Part shown: piece after piece, positions 7,421 through 15,524 of the stretch
Layout: every line of letters starts with the position of its first letter
Position numbering within the stretch: position 1 is the stretch's first letter
IMG/VR virus record: IMGVR_UViG_3300020144_000015
Coordinates: 1-50,659 of that record
DNA length: 50,659 nt
Direction: 5' to 3' (one strand)
Origin: a virus
Lineage: Duplodnaviria; Caudoviricetes
Notes under the pieces: generated by a model
The model's database searches: none
The model's input: the letters and a program-made list of their open reading frames with translations, nothing else
What the model was told of the DNA's origin: nothing
Program-made: the position numbers and the translations under genes

Positions 7421-9333
7421 ACGCTATCGGCTCATTCTCTCGCGCCCGCCGCATCCGGCGCCCATTGCCCTCCTTCGGCCTCGACGATCGCATGACCGTG
7501 GTGCTGTTCGCCGGCATGGGCGGCGGCTGCGACGGGTTGGAAGATGCCGGCTATCATGTGCATCTGGCGATCAATCACGATCCGCTCGCCATTGCGGTGC
7601 ATGAAAAGCGGCATCCGCACACCACCCATATGCGCTGCGACGTGTTCGAGGTCGATCCGCGCCAGGCGACGAAGGGCCGGGGCGTGCGTGCGCTGCATGC
7701 TTCGCCCGACTGCACGCATTTCTCGGTTGCCAAGGGCAGCAAGCCGGTCAGTAAACGCAGCCGCTCGCTCGCCTGGGTGGTGGTTCGCTGGATGGGCCAG
7801 GTGCATCCGGAACTGGTCACCCTTGAGAACGTGCAGGAAATCCAGACCTGGGGTCCGCTGATCGCCAAGCGCTGCAAGAAAACCGGGCGGGTGCTGAAAC
7901 TCGACGGCACGGTGGCGGCCAAGGGCGAGCATGTGCCGGTGCAGAACCAGCAGCTCGTTCCCGATCCGCGCCATAAGGGCCGTATCTGGCGCGCCTGGCT
8001 CAAGCATGTTGCCCGCCTGGGCTATAATTTTGAGGGGCGCGTTCTGGTCTGCGCCGATTATGGCGTGCCTACCATTCGGAAGCGCTATTTCGGCGTGGCG
8101 AAGGCCGATGGCGGGCCCATTGCCTGGCCGGAACGGACGCATGCGCCGCGCAAGCTGGCGCGGAAGCTCGGCCTCAAGCCGTGGGTCGGTGCGCATACGA
8201 TCATCGACTGGTCGCTACCCATGCGCTCGATCTTCGGGCGGAAAAAGCCGCTGGCCGATGCGACGCTGCGCCGGATCGCGCGGGGTGTCATGCGCTATGT
8301 GATCGAGGCGCAAGACCCGTTCATTGTGCCGATCACCCACGCTGGCGGGGACCGGATGACGCCGGTCACCGAGCCCTTGCGGACACTGACCACGGCGAGT
8401 CGCGGCGAAATGATGCTGGTGTCGCCTGTCGTGGCGGGCGTCGGCGGGCGAATGGGGCAAAGCGCGGAGCGCGACACGCGGGAGCCCTTACAATCGCTGA
8501 CCACGAAGCCGGACAGTGTTGTCGTGGCGGCGCATCTAACCAAGTTCTCGGAAAATGCAGTGGGCCTAGACCCGCGCGAACCGCTCAACACGATCATGGC
8601 GGGCGGGCAGGGGCACGCGGTGATTGCCGTGACGATGGTCGATCTGGCGCATGGCGAAACCGGAATGGCCGGCGGAAAAGAGCGAGGGCGCGATCTCCGC
8701 GAACCAGTTGGTGCGCTGCATGCTGGTGGCGGCAACGCGGCGCTCGTGGCGACGTTCCTGGCCCAGCACAATGCCGACAGCCGCCGCATCGGTGGCGTCA
8801 ATCCCGGTCGGGATGCCCGTGAGCCCGTGGCGACGCTGACCATGCAATCGCAGGTTGGCGTGGGCGCGGTGACGCTCGGCCGGCTGCGCGGCGCCGATAT
8901 AGATGGTCAGGATGTGCGCGAGCCCCTGCCGACGCAGACCTGTGGTGGGGGGCATGAAATGCTCATCATGCCGTTTTTGCAGGCCTATTATCAAAGCGGC
9001 TCGGAAGGGCAGCGCGTTGACGACCCGCTCCGCTCGCTCACCGGCAAGGCCAGGCATAGCCTGGTCACGGTCGAAGTCGACGGCCAGACGATGGTCGTAA
9101 CCGACATCCTCATTCGCATGCTCGACTGGAGCGAGGGCGCCCGGGCGCATGGTTTCGATCCCGCCAGCCTGCGGCACGAAATCGAGGTCGTCGACAAAAA
9201 GGGCCGAACGATCAGCCGCCCGCCCACCAAGACGGAGTGCGGTCATCTGATCGGCAATTCGGTGCCGCCGCACATGGTGGAACTGCTGGTTGGCCTCAAC
9301 GCCACGCCCGAGCTGATGGTGGCAGCCGGATGA
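7417..9333 (+). CDS. C5-cytosine DNA methyltransferase (phage orphan type)
   Basis: LFAGMGG (motif I), SPDC (IV), ENV (VI), RKR (VIII), IGNSV (X); repeated D-x-REP-x-x-T units. Confidence 0.92.
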   Translation: MNAIGSFSRARRIRRPLPSFGLDDRMTVVLFAGMGGGCDGLEDAGYHVHLAINHDPLAIAVHEKRHPHTTHMRCDVFEVDPRQATKGRGVRALHASPDCTHFSVAKGSKPVSKRSRSLAWVVVRWMGQVHPELVTLENVQEIQTWGPLIAKRCKKTGRVLKLDGTVAAKGEHVPVQNQQLVPDPRHKGRIWRAWLKHVARLGYNFEGRVLVCADYGVPTIRKRYFGVAKADGGPIAWPERTHAPRKLARKLGLKPWVGAHTIIDWSLPMRSIFGRKKPLADATLRRIARGVMRYVIEAQDPFIVPITHAGGDRMTPVTEPLRTLTTASRGEMMLVSPVVAGVGGRMGQSAERDTREPLQSLTTKPDSVVVAAHLTKFSENAVGLDPREPLNTIMAGGQGHAVIAVTMVDLAHGETGMAGGKERGRDLREPVGALHAGGGNAALVATFLAQHNADSRRIGGVNPGRDAREPVATLTMQSQVGVGAVTLGRLRGADIDGQDVREPLPTQTCGGGHEMLIMPFLQAYYQSGSEGQRVDDPLRSLTGKARHSLVTVEVDGQTMVVTDILIRMLDWSEGARAHGFDPASLRHEIEVVDKKGRTISRPPTKTECGHLIGNSVPPHMVELLVGLNATPELMVAAG

Positions 9334-9662
9334 CAGGCGTTTTAAGACAATCTCGCCGTGTAGTACGGGTTCTCGCCGCAAGAAAGGGCGTAGGCCCCTC
9401 CTTCATTGCGCGTGATCTCCAGCAGGACATTGCCCTTACTCGTCAACGCCTGGACGATCTTGTCGTCGGTAAGGTGCCGCGCAGCGAGAAGCCTAATCAC
9501 TTCCCGCGCCCGCGCCTCGGAAATCGTGACCTCGACTTCGTAGAAAGGTTCAACGCCGTCGTAGCCGGTTATTGTCCATTTGCTGAACATAGAGCCCTCC
9601 TTGAGCAGGGTTGGAACTATCGCCCCGACGCGTCGGAAAAAGCAATTGGGGGTGTATGTTGA
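9330..9662 (+). CDS. Sense-strand bridging ORF over an antisense gene
   Basis: Starts in an ATGA overlap with the methylase stop; its stop overlaps the next ATG (ATGTTGA). Confidence 0.35.
   Translation: MTGVLRQSRRVVRVLAARKGVGPSFIARDLQQDIALTRQRLDDLVVGKVPRSEKPNHFPRPRLGNRDLDFVERFNAVVAGYCPFAEHRALLEQGWNYRPDASEKAIGGVC
9342..9590 (-). CDS. Antisense moron-like hypothetical protein (82 aa)
   Basis: AAGGAGG RBS; lower GC than flanks; protein-like composition. Confidence 0.7.
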   Translation of the reverse strand: MFSKWTITGYDGVEPFYEVEVTISEARAREVIRLLAARHLTDDKIVQALTSKGNVLLEITRNEGGAYALSCGENPYYTARLS

Positions 9663-12289
9663 ACCTCCCCCTCCGCTATGAGGACTTTCTTGCCGCCAAG
9701 GTCGCCATGGCGCCGGTATCGGGCTTCCTGGTCCATGACGACGAGATCAACCCGCTGCTGAACCCGCATCAGCGCGATAGCGTCAAATGGGCGTGCCTTG
9801 GCGGGCGGCGGGCGCTATTCCTGGCCTTTGGGCTGGGCAAGAGCTTCATCCAGATCGAAATCCTGCGCATCATCCGCGCCCGCTTCGGCGGCATGGGCCT
9901 GATCGTGGCGCCGCTGGGCGTGCGCCGCGAATTCATGGCCGATGTGCGCACCCTGGCCACGGGTGACCATCCCGATATCACCGATGCGCAGCGGGCCGCT
10001 CTGGCGGCGTGGCAGGAAGGGCATGCGGAGCGCGTGCCCCAGCTCACCTTCATCCGGACTGATGCCCAGGCCCAGGCGCCGGGGCTCTATATCGCCAATT
10101 ACGAGCCGGTGCGCGACGGCAAGATCGATCCCGCCCGCTTCACCGCGTCCAGCCTGGACGAGGCATCGGTGCTGCGCGGTTTCGGCAGCACCAAGACCTT
10201 CCGCGAATTCATGCGGCTGTTCGACGGGGTGCGGTTCAAGTTCGTGGCCACAGCCACGCCCAGCCCCAATGAGTATATCGAGCTTCTGGCCTATTCGGCC
10301 TTTCTCGAAGTTATGGATGTGGGCCAGGCAAAAACCCGCTTCTTCAAGCGCAATAGCGAAAAGGCCGACACGCTCACCATCCATCCGCACAAGCAACGCG
10401 AGTTCTGGCTATGGGTGGCGAGCTGGGGCCTCTTCGTGCAGAAGCCATCGGATCTCGGCCATAGCGATACGGGCTACGAGCTGCCCGGGCTCGACGTGTT
10501 CTGGCACGAGCTGCCGGCCGATCACTCCACGGCCGGCATGGAAAAGAGCGGGCAGGGACGGTTGCTGCGCAATGCAGCCGCCAGCCTCTCCGACGCGGCG
10601 CGGGAAAAGCGCGACAGCATGCCGGCGCGCATCGCCAAGATGCTGGAGCTGCGCCAGATCGACACCCAGGCGCACCGGCTGATCTGGCACGACCTCGAGG
10701 ACGAGCGGCGCGCCATCGAGGCGGCGGTGCCGGGTGTGGCCACCGTATATGGCAGCCAGGACCTGGCGCGCCGGGAAGAATTGCTGGCAGACTTCGCCGA
10801 AGGCCGGCGGGCCGAGCTGGCCGGCAAGCCTTCCATGCTGGGCTCGGGCGGCAATTTCCAGCGGCATTGCCATTGGGCGGTGTTCCTGGGCATCGGCTTC
10901 AAGTTCAACGACTTCATCCAGGCGGTTCACCGCATTCATCGCTTCCTGCAACGGCACAGGGTGCGCATCGACCTCATCTATACAGAGGCCGAGCGACCGG
11001 TGCGCGATAGCCTCGAAGCGAAATGGCGCCGCCATGACGAGCAGGTGGCGATCATGACCGGCATTATCCGTGAATACGGCCTCACCTCGGCCGCGATGGC
11101 CCAGAGCCTTACCCGCGCCATGGGGGTGGAGCGCGTCGAGGTCGCCGGCGAGGGCTATGTGCTGGTCAACAATGACTGTGTGCCCGAATGCACCGCCATG
11201 GCGGCCGACAGCGTCGACCTGATCGTCACCTCGATACCGTTCTCGACCCAGTACGAGTATTCGCCGAACTATGCCGATTTCGGTCATACCGACGACAATG
11301 CGCATTTCTGGGCGCAGATGGACTATCTGATCCCGCAATTGCTGCGCGTGCTACGGCCCGGCCGGGTCGCCGCCATCCATGTGAAAGACCGGATCGTTCC
11401 GGGCGGCATGACCGGGCTGGGGTTCCAGACCGTCTATCCGTTTTCGGACGATTGCGTGCGCGCCTTCGTGCGGCACGGCTTCGCCTTCCTCAGTCGCAAG
11501 ACCATTACCACCGACGTGGTGCGGGAAAACAACCAGACCTATCGGCTGGGCTGGACCGAGCAATGCAAGGATGGCAGCCGCATGGGCAACGGGTTGCCCG
11601 AATATCTGCTGATCTTCCGCAAGCCGCCGACGGACAATTCCAATGGCTATGCCGATAGGCCGGTGGCCAAGCGGAAAAAGGAATGGAAACAGGGTCAATG
11701 GAGCGAGGCCGAAGGCTATAGCCGGGCGCGCTGGCAGCTCGATGCCCATGGCTATATGCCGGTTTCCGGCAATCGCCTGCTCACCGGCGAAGAGCTGCGC
11801 AGCCTCGATGCCAATGTCATCTTCAAGCTGTGGAAGGCCTACCAGCTCCACGCGGTCTATGATTTCCAGCACCATGTGAAGATCGCGGAAGAGATGGAGG
11901 AATGGGGCTCGCTCCCCTCCACCTTCATGCTGCTGCCGCCCCATTCCAAGCATGACGATGTGTGGACCGATGTGGCGCGCATGCTGAGCATGAACACGCT
12001 CCAGGCGCAGGCCGGGCGGGAAATGCATCTCTGCCCGCTGCAGTTCGACATCATCGATCGCTGCATCACGCAATATTCCGAGCCGGGCGAGATCGTCTTC
12101 GACCCGTTCGGCGGGCTGATGAGCGTGCCCTATCGGGCCCTCAAGCTCAGGCGCCAGGGGCGCGCCGTCGAGCTCAACCCCGCCTATTTCGTCGATGGCT
12201 GCCAATACGTGAAGGCCATGGCCGACGAGCTGGCCATGCCGGACCTGTTCGGCGTGCTGGAGATCGAAGAAGGGGAGCAGGTGGCATGA
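9656..12289 (+). CDS. SF2/SNF2-like helicase fused to an N4/N6 DNA methyltransferase
   Basis: FGLGKS, LDEAS, ATATP, QAVHRIHR helicase motifs; then TSIPF (motif IV-like) and DPFGG (SAM-binding). Confidence 0.88.
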   Translation: MLNLPLRYEDFLAAKVAMAPVSGFLVHDDEINPLLNPHQRDSVKWACLGGRRALFLAFGLGKSFIQIEILRIIRARFGGMGLIVAPLGVRREFMADVRTLATGDHPDITDAQRAALAAWQEGHAERVPQLTFIRTDAQAQAPGLYIANYEPVRDGKIDPARFTASSLDEASVLRGFGSTKTFREFMRLFDGVRFKFVATATPSPNEYIELLAYSAFLEVMDVGQAKTRFFKRNSEKADTLTIHPHKQREFWLWVASWGLFVQKPSDLGHSDTGYELPGLDVFWHELPADHSTAGMEKSGQGRLLRNAAASLSDAAREKRDSMPARIAKMLELRQIDTQAHRLIWHDLEDERRAIEAAVPGVATVYGSQDLARREELLADFAEGRRAELAGKPSMLGSGGNFQRHCHWAVFLGIGFKFNDFIQAVHRIHRFLQRHRVRIDLIYTEAERPVRDSLEAKWRRHDEQVAIMTGIIREYGLTSAAMAQSLTRAMGVERVEVAGEGYVLVNNDCVPECTAMAADSVDLIVTSIPFSTQYEYSPNYADFGHTDDNAHFWAQMDYLIPQLLRVLRPGRVAAIHVKDRIVPGGMTGLGFQTVYPFSDDCVRAFVRHGFAFLSRKTITTDVVRENNQTYRLGWTEQCKDGSRMGNGLPEYLLIFRKPPTDNSNGYADRPVAKRKKEWKQGQWSEAEGYSRARWQLDAHGYMPVSGNRLLTGEELRSLDANVIFKLWKAYQLHAVYDFQHHVKIAEEMEEWGSLPSTFMLLPPHSKHDDVWTDVARMLSMNTLQAQAGREMHLCPLQFDIIDRCITQYSEPGEIVFDPFGGLMSVPYRALKLRRQGRAVELNPAYFVDGCQYVKAMADELAMPDLFGVLEIEEGEQVA

Positions 12290-12507
12290 ACAGGATTGAG
12301 AAACTGCGCTGGCAGCTTGCAGACAACAAAGTTGCCTATGAAGCCGGCCGGCAGGGCAGTCCGGAGCGCGATGGCAAATTTGCCGCGCGGGAACAGGCCA
12401 TCCTCATGCAGTTCCATGTCTATGGCGTAGCACCCTCCTATCCCGAAGGATGGCTGGAGGGCTATCTGAGGGGCGGTGCCGACTGGCACAGGCAGGTCCG
12501 GCCATGA
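12286..12507 (+). CDS. Hypothetical protein
   Basis: 73 aa (MNRIEKLRW), ATGA-coupled on both sides. Confidence 0.65.
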   Translation: MNRIEKLRWQLADNKVAYEAGRQGSPERDGKFAAREQAILMQFHVYGVAPSYPEGWLEGYLRGGADWHRQVRP

Positions 12508-12887
12508 CCGTGCGCCGCGAAATCCTGCCCCAGCGCCGCTATTGCGAGAGCTTCGACCTCGCCTTCCCACCTTTCACCGGCAAGCTCTACACCGTGACGC
12601 TGGGGTGCCATCCCGACGGCAGGATCGCCGAGGTGTTCATCAGCTCGCACCGCAAGGTGGGCAGCGATAGCGACCTGGCCGCGCGCGACACCGCCATCCT
12701 GATTTCGTTGGGCCTGCAACACGGCGCCACGCTCGAAAACCTGACCGGCGCCATGACCCATGACGCCGCCGGCCGCCCGGAAGGGCTGGCGGGGCAGGTG
12801 CTGCTGCACCTGCTCGACTGGCAGCGCGCCCATCCCTTTTTACAGACCGAGTTCAACCAAGGAGACGACCATGAAGACCAAGACTGA
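12504..12887 (+). CDS. Stand-alone TSCPD-like (class II RNR C-terminal) domain protein
   Basis: RREILPQRR...YTVTLG..PDG..AEVFI....K.GS......D.AILISLGLQHG pattern. Confidence 0.7.
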   Translation: MTVRREILPQRRYCESFDLAFPPFTGKLYTVTLGCHPDGRIAEVFISSHRKVGSDSDLAARDTAILISLGLQHGATLENLTGAMTHDAAGRPEGLAGQVLLHLLDWQRAHPFLQTEFNQGDDHEDQD

Positions 12888-13791
12888 CGACGTGCCTTTC
12901 GGCCTTTCCAAGGTCGACCCCACCCGCCCGGCCTTCGAGTGCGTGGGAAACCGCCTGATCGTGGCCGATGCCATCACCGTTATCGGCACGGATGGGACCA
13001 ACCATCATTTCGAAAGCGGGCGGGAAGTGCTGTTCGACGCCGACCATGCAGCGCCGGGCACTGATTTCGCCGTGGTGCTGACCGATGACGGTAATCTCGC
13101 CGCGCTTGCCTGGGCGGGCGATCTTTCCGAGCACGACCATCGCATCGGCGGGTTCCATTTCGCCCCGGGCGGTAATGCGACGGCGCGGCAGGGCGGCGAT
13201 GCCGTGCCGGCGATCAACCCGGACTCGATCTGGGATGATGCGTTCCGTCCGGCCTGCGCCGATCCGCGCGGCATGGCGCTCGATGTGCTGCCCGGTGGGC
13301 GCAAGGTGTGGGGCGACATCTATTTCACCGGTGTCGGGCACCTGGAAAACGGCACCTCGCGCCATGGTGTCGTCATTGCCGATGGCGGCAGCAACTTGCC
13401 CGGAAAGCCAAGCGGCGGGCTGTTCAAGGTGCTGGATTTCCAGGTGGCCCAGCAGATCGCCGCCCATCACGGCAAGCGCCTGTTGAGCTTCGAGGAATTC
13501 GCCTCGGGCGCCTATGGCGTGACCGAACGCAGCAGCGACGACGACAAGGCGGCGCTGACCGGCCTTTCCATGGCCCGCACTTCGCGGCGGGGCTGGCACC
13601 AGGCGACGGGGCAGCGCTGGACCTGGGGCACCGATGGCGATCCGGACGATCCCCGCGCTTCCCTCCTGGGCGGTTCGTGGATCGACAGGTCGGACGCGGG
13701 CTCGCGTTTCGCGCCCCTCGACTACTGGCCGGGCAGCTCGGACGAGGGCCTCGGCCTGCGCCTCGCCAGTGACCACCTGACCGCTGCCTAG
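12871..13791 (+). CDS. mtd: DGR target protein, Mtd-like CLec fold with C-terminal VR (306 aa)
   Basis: AAGGAG RBS; GGFHFAPG, SIWD..FRP...DPRGM, HHGKRL, W.WG, GGSW..., SDHL match remembered BPP-1 Mtd motifs. Confidence 0.9.
   Translation: MKTKTDDVPFGLSKVDPTRPAFECVGNRLIVADAITVIGTDGTNHHFESGREVLFDADHAAPGTDFAVVLTDDGNLAALAWAGDLSEHDHRIGGFHFAPGGNATARQGGDAVPAINPDSIWDDAFRPACADPRGMALDVLPGGRKVWGDIYFTGVGHLENGTSRHGVVIADGGSNLPGKPSGGLFKVLDFQVAQQIAAHHGKRLLSFEEFASGAYGVTERSSDDDKAALTGLSMARTSRRGWHQATGQRWTWGTDGDPDDPRASLLGGSWIDRSDAGSRFAPLDYWPGSSDEGLGLRLASDHLTAA
13655..13773 (+). repeat. DGR variable repeat (VR)
   Basis: 119-nt ungapped match to 14216-14334 with 13 mismatches, all opposite a TR adenine. Confidence 0.97.
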
Positions 13792-13810
13792 CCAGCCCGG
13801 AAGGGCTGGC
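13791..13810 (+). promoter_or_regulatory. DGR target-recognition hairpin downstream of IMH
   Basis: GCCAGCCC-GGAA-GGGCTGGC: perfect 8-bp stem with a 4-nt loop, starting at the target stop codon. Confidence 0.9.
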
Positions 13811-13828
13811 GACGATTTGGAGAAAAGC

Positions 13829-14197
13829 ATGATTGTCAGGGATGAGAACGCCGCCGTTCCGGCCCTGGCAATCGTCGAAAAATACGAGACGCTGGTGGCC
13901 TATCTTTATCCCATATTGCAGAACTGTCCGCGCCGGCACGGCATCGCCCGTGATCGCGCGCTCGATGTGCTGCTCGGCGTGCCCGAGCTGCTATACGGCG
14001 CTTCTGCATCGAAACAGGTCTCGAAACTTTACGCAGTTGATGGCGCGCTGGCCACGCTGCGTTTCTGGCTGCGCTTTTTCGTCCATGCCGACCGCAAGGT
14101 CATCACGCCGCATCAGCAGCGCACCGCCCTGGCCATGCTGGCCGAGGTGGGGCGCATGCTGGGCGGCTGGCAGCGGGCGCTAAAGGGCAGGGGGTGA
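13829..14197 (+). CDS. avd: DGR accessory variability determinant
   Basis: YLYP..Q..PR.HG.AR, QVSKLY..D..LA.LRFWLRF, TPHQ, AEVGRMLGGW; GGAG RBS. Confidence 0.93.
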   Translation: MIVRDENAAVPALAIVEKYETLVAYLYPILQNCPRRHGIARDRALDVLLGVPELLYGASASKQVSKLYAVDGALATLRFWLRFFVHADRKVITPHQQRTALAMLAEVGRMLGGWQRALKGRG

Positions 14198-14215
14198 TCG
14201 GGGTCATGATTTGGG

Positions 14216-14334
14216 GCGCTTCCATCCTGGGCGGTTCGTGGATCAACAGGTCGAACGCGGGCTCGCGTTACGCGAACCTCGACAACTGGCCGGACAACTC
14301 GAACGAGAACATCGGCCTGCGCCTCGCCAGTGAC
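14216..14334 (+). repeat. DGR template repeat (TR)
   Basis: Seven AAC codons in the VR frame; 24 adenines; located between avd and RT. Confidence 0.97.
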
Positions 14335-14528
14335 GGCCATGCCTGGCTGTCGGCTCCGCGACGGTCACGGCCGCGCGGGCCGGCCACGTCAATTATGATT
14401 GGTGGTCAGCCCGGTTATCCTGCTTCGGCGAATACATTGCTCGGTCCGGTACAGCGGGGCGTAGCAGGGCACCTGTCATTGCCTTGTCGAGACCCGCGAC
14501 CGGCTCTCGGCGGTTGCGGGGGCGCCCA
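14335..14528 (+). ncRNA. DGR spacer (3' part of the TR-RNA, IMH*/priming region)
   Basis: Position between TR and RT; GGTGGTCAGCC...TCCTGCTTCGGCGAA.AC resembles the BPP-1 spacer as remembered. Confidence 0.6.
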
Positions 14529-15524
14529 ATGACCAGGCGCTTCCGCAACCTGATCGGCCCGATCACCTCCGACGACAATATGCGCGCCGCTCTGCGCCTG
14601 ACCGCGCGGGGCAAGCGCTGCACGACCGGCTATCTGGAATTCAAGGAATTCGACGCACTCAACCTCGAAGCGCTGGCCCGCGACATGCGGCGCGGCGCCT
14701 ATATCGAGGGCGCGCCGCGCATATTCACCATTTTCGACCCCAAGCAGCGCCTCATCACGGCGCTGCCGTTCCGCGACCGCGTGGCCCAACAGGCGCTGTG
14801 CCTGGTGATCGGCCCAATCTTCGAGCGGACACTGTTGCCGCGCGCCTATGCCTGCCGACCGGGCAAGGGCACCCATAGGGCGGCGCGCGACGTGCAGGCC
14901 GAGTTGCGGCGCATGGGCCGGGACGGCCTGCCGGTCTATGTGCTCAAAACCGATTTTTCCGCCTATTTCTCCTGCATCGAGCGGGATGTGCTGCACCGGC
15001 TGGTTGCCTCTAAGATTTCCTGCGCCGCCACGCTCGACCTGATCGGCCGCATGGTGCCGCGCGCGGGAATCGGCCTGCCCATCGGCTCGCTGACCAGCCA
15101 GATCTTCGCCAATGTCTATGGCGGCGTGGTGGATCGGTTTCTCCAGCAGGAAATGGGGGAGCCGTCCTGGTTTCGCTACATGGACGATATCGTGGTGCTG
15201 GGCCGCTCGGCCGAGCATCTGCACGCGCTGCGCGTCGCCATCGAAGCCATGGCGGCTGAACGGCTCGGCCTGCGTTTTTCCAAATGGTCGGTGCAGCCGG
15301 CCACGCGCGGGGTCAATTTCGTCGGCTATCGCATCTGGCCCACCCACAAGCTCATTCGCCGCGACAGCGTGGTGCGCGCCCGCCGCAAGATCGCCGCCTA
15401 TCGCGCCGCCGGCGATCATCAGCGGCTGGAGCGCTTCCTTGCCGCATGGACGGGCCATGCCAGCCATGCCGATACACGCAATCTGGTGCGCTCGCTGGCC
15501 ATCGATATGGAGGGCACGCGATGA
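14529..15524 (+). CDS. brt: DGR reverse transcriptase (331 aa)
   Basis: FRDRVAQ, KTDFSAYF, GLPIGSLTSQIFAN (DGR-type SQ), RYMDD, NFVGY; no maturase or endonuclease domain. Confidence 0.96.
   Translation: MTRRFRNLIGPITSDDNMRAALRLTARGKRCTTGYLEFKEFDALNLEALARDMRRGAYIEGAPRIFTIFDPKQRLITALPFRDRVAQQALCLVIGPIFERTLLPRAYACRPGKGTHRAARDVQAELRRMGRDGLPVYVLKTDFSAYFSCIERDVLHRLVASKISCAATLDLIGRMVPRAGIGLPIGSLTSQIFANVYGGVVDRFLQQEMGEPSWFRYMDDIVVLGRSAEHLHALRVAIEAMAAERLGLRFSKWSVQPATRGVNFVGYRIWPTHKLIRRDSVVRARRKIAAYRAAGDHQRLERFLAAWTGHASHADTRNLVRSLAIDMEGTR

Larger units (their letters stand above)
12871..15524 (+). mobile_element. Diversity-generating retroelement (target/VR - hairpin - avd - TR - spacer - RT)
   Basis: All BPP-1-type components present in canonical order; adenine-specific VR/TR mismatches. 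Confidence 0.97.

Noticed and set aside
7417-12289. Restriction-modification or BREX/DISARM defence system
   Set aside because: No nuclease or other system components; the context is a phage early operon
12760-12870. Longer N-terminus for the DGR target from ATG 12760
   Set aside because: Lies inside the upstream gene, is not Mtd-like, and ATG 12871 has a strong AAGGAG
14529-15524. RT as group II intron, retron or Abi-type RT
   Set aside because: Short, no maturase/endonuclease domain, has the SQ motif, and comes with avd and a TR/VR pair: it is a DGR RT
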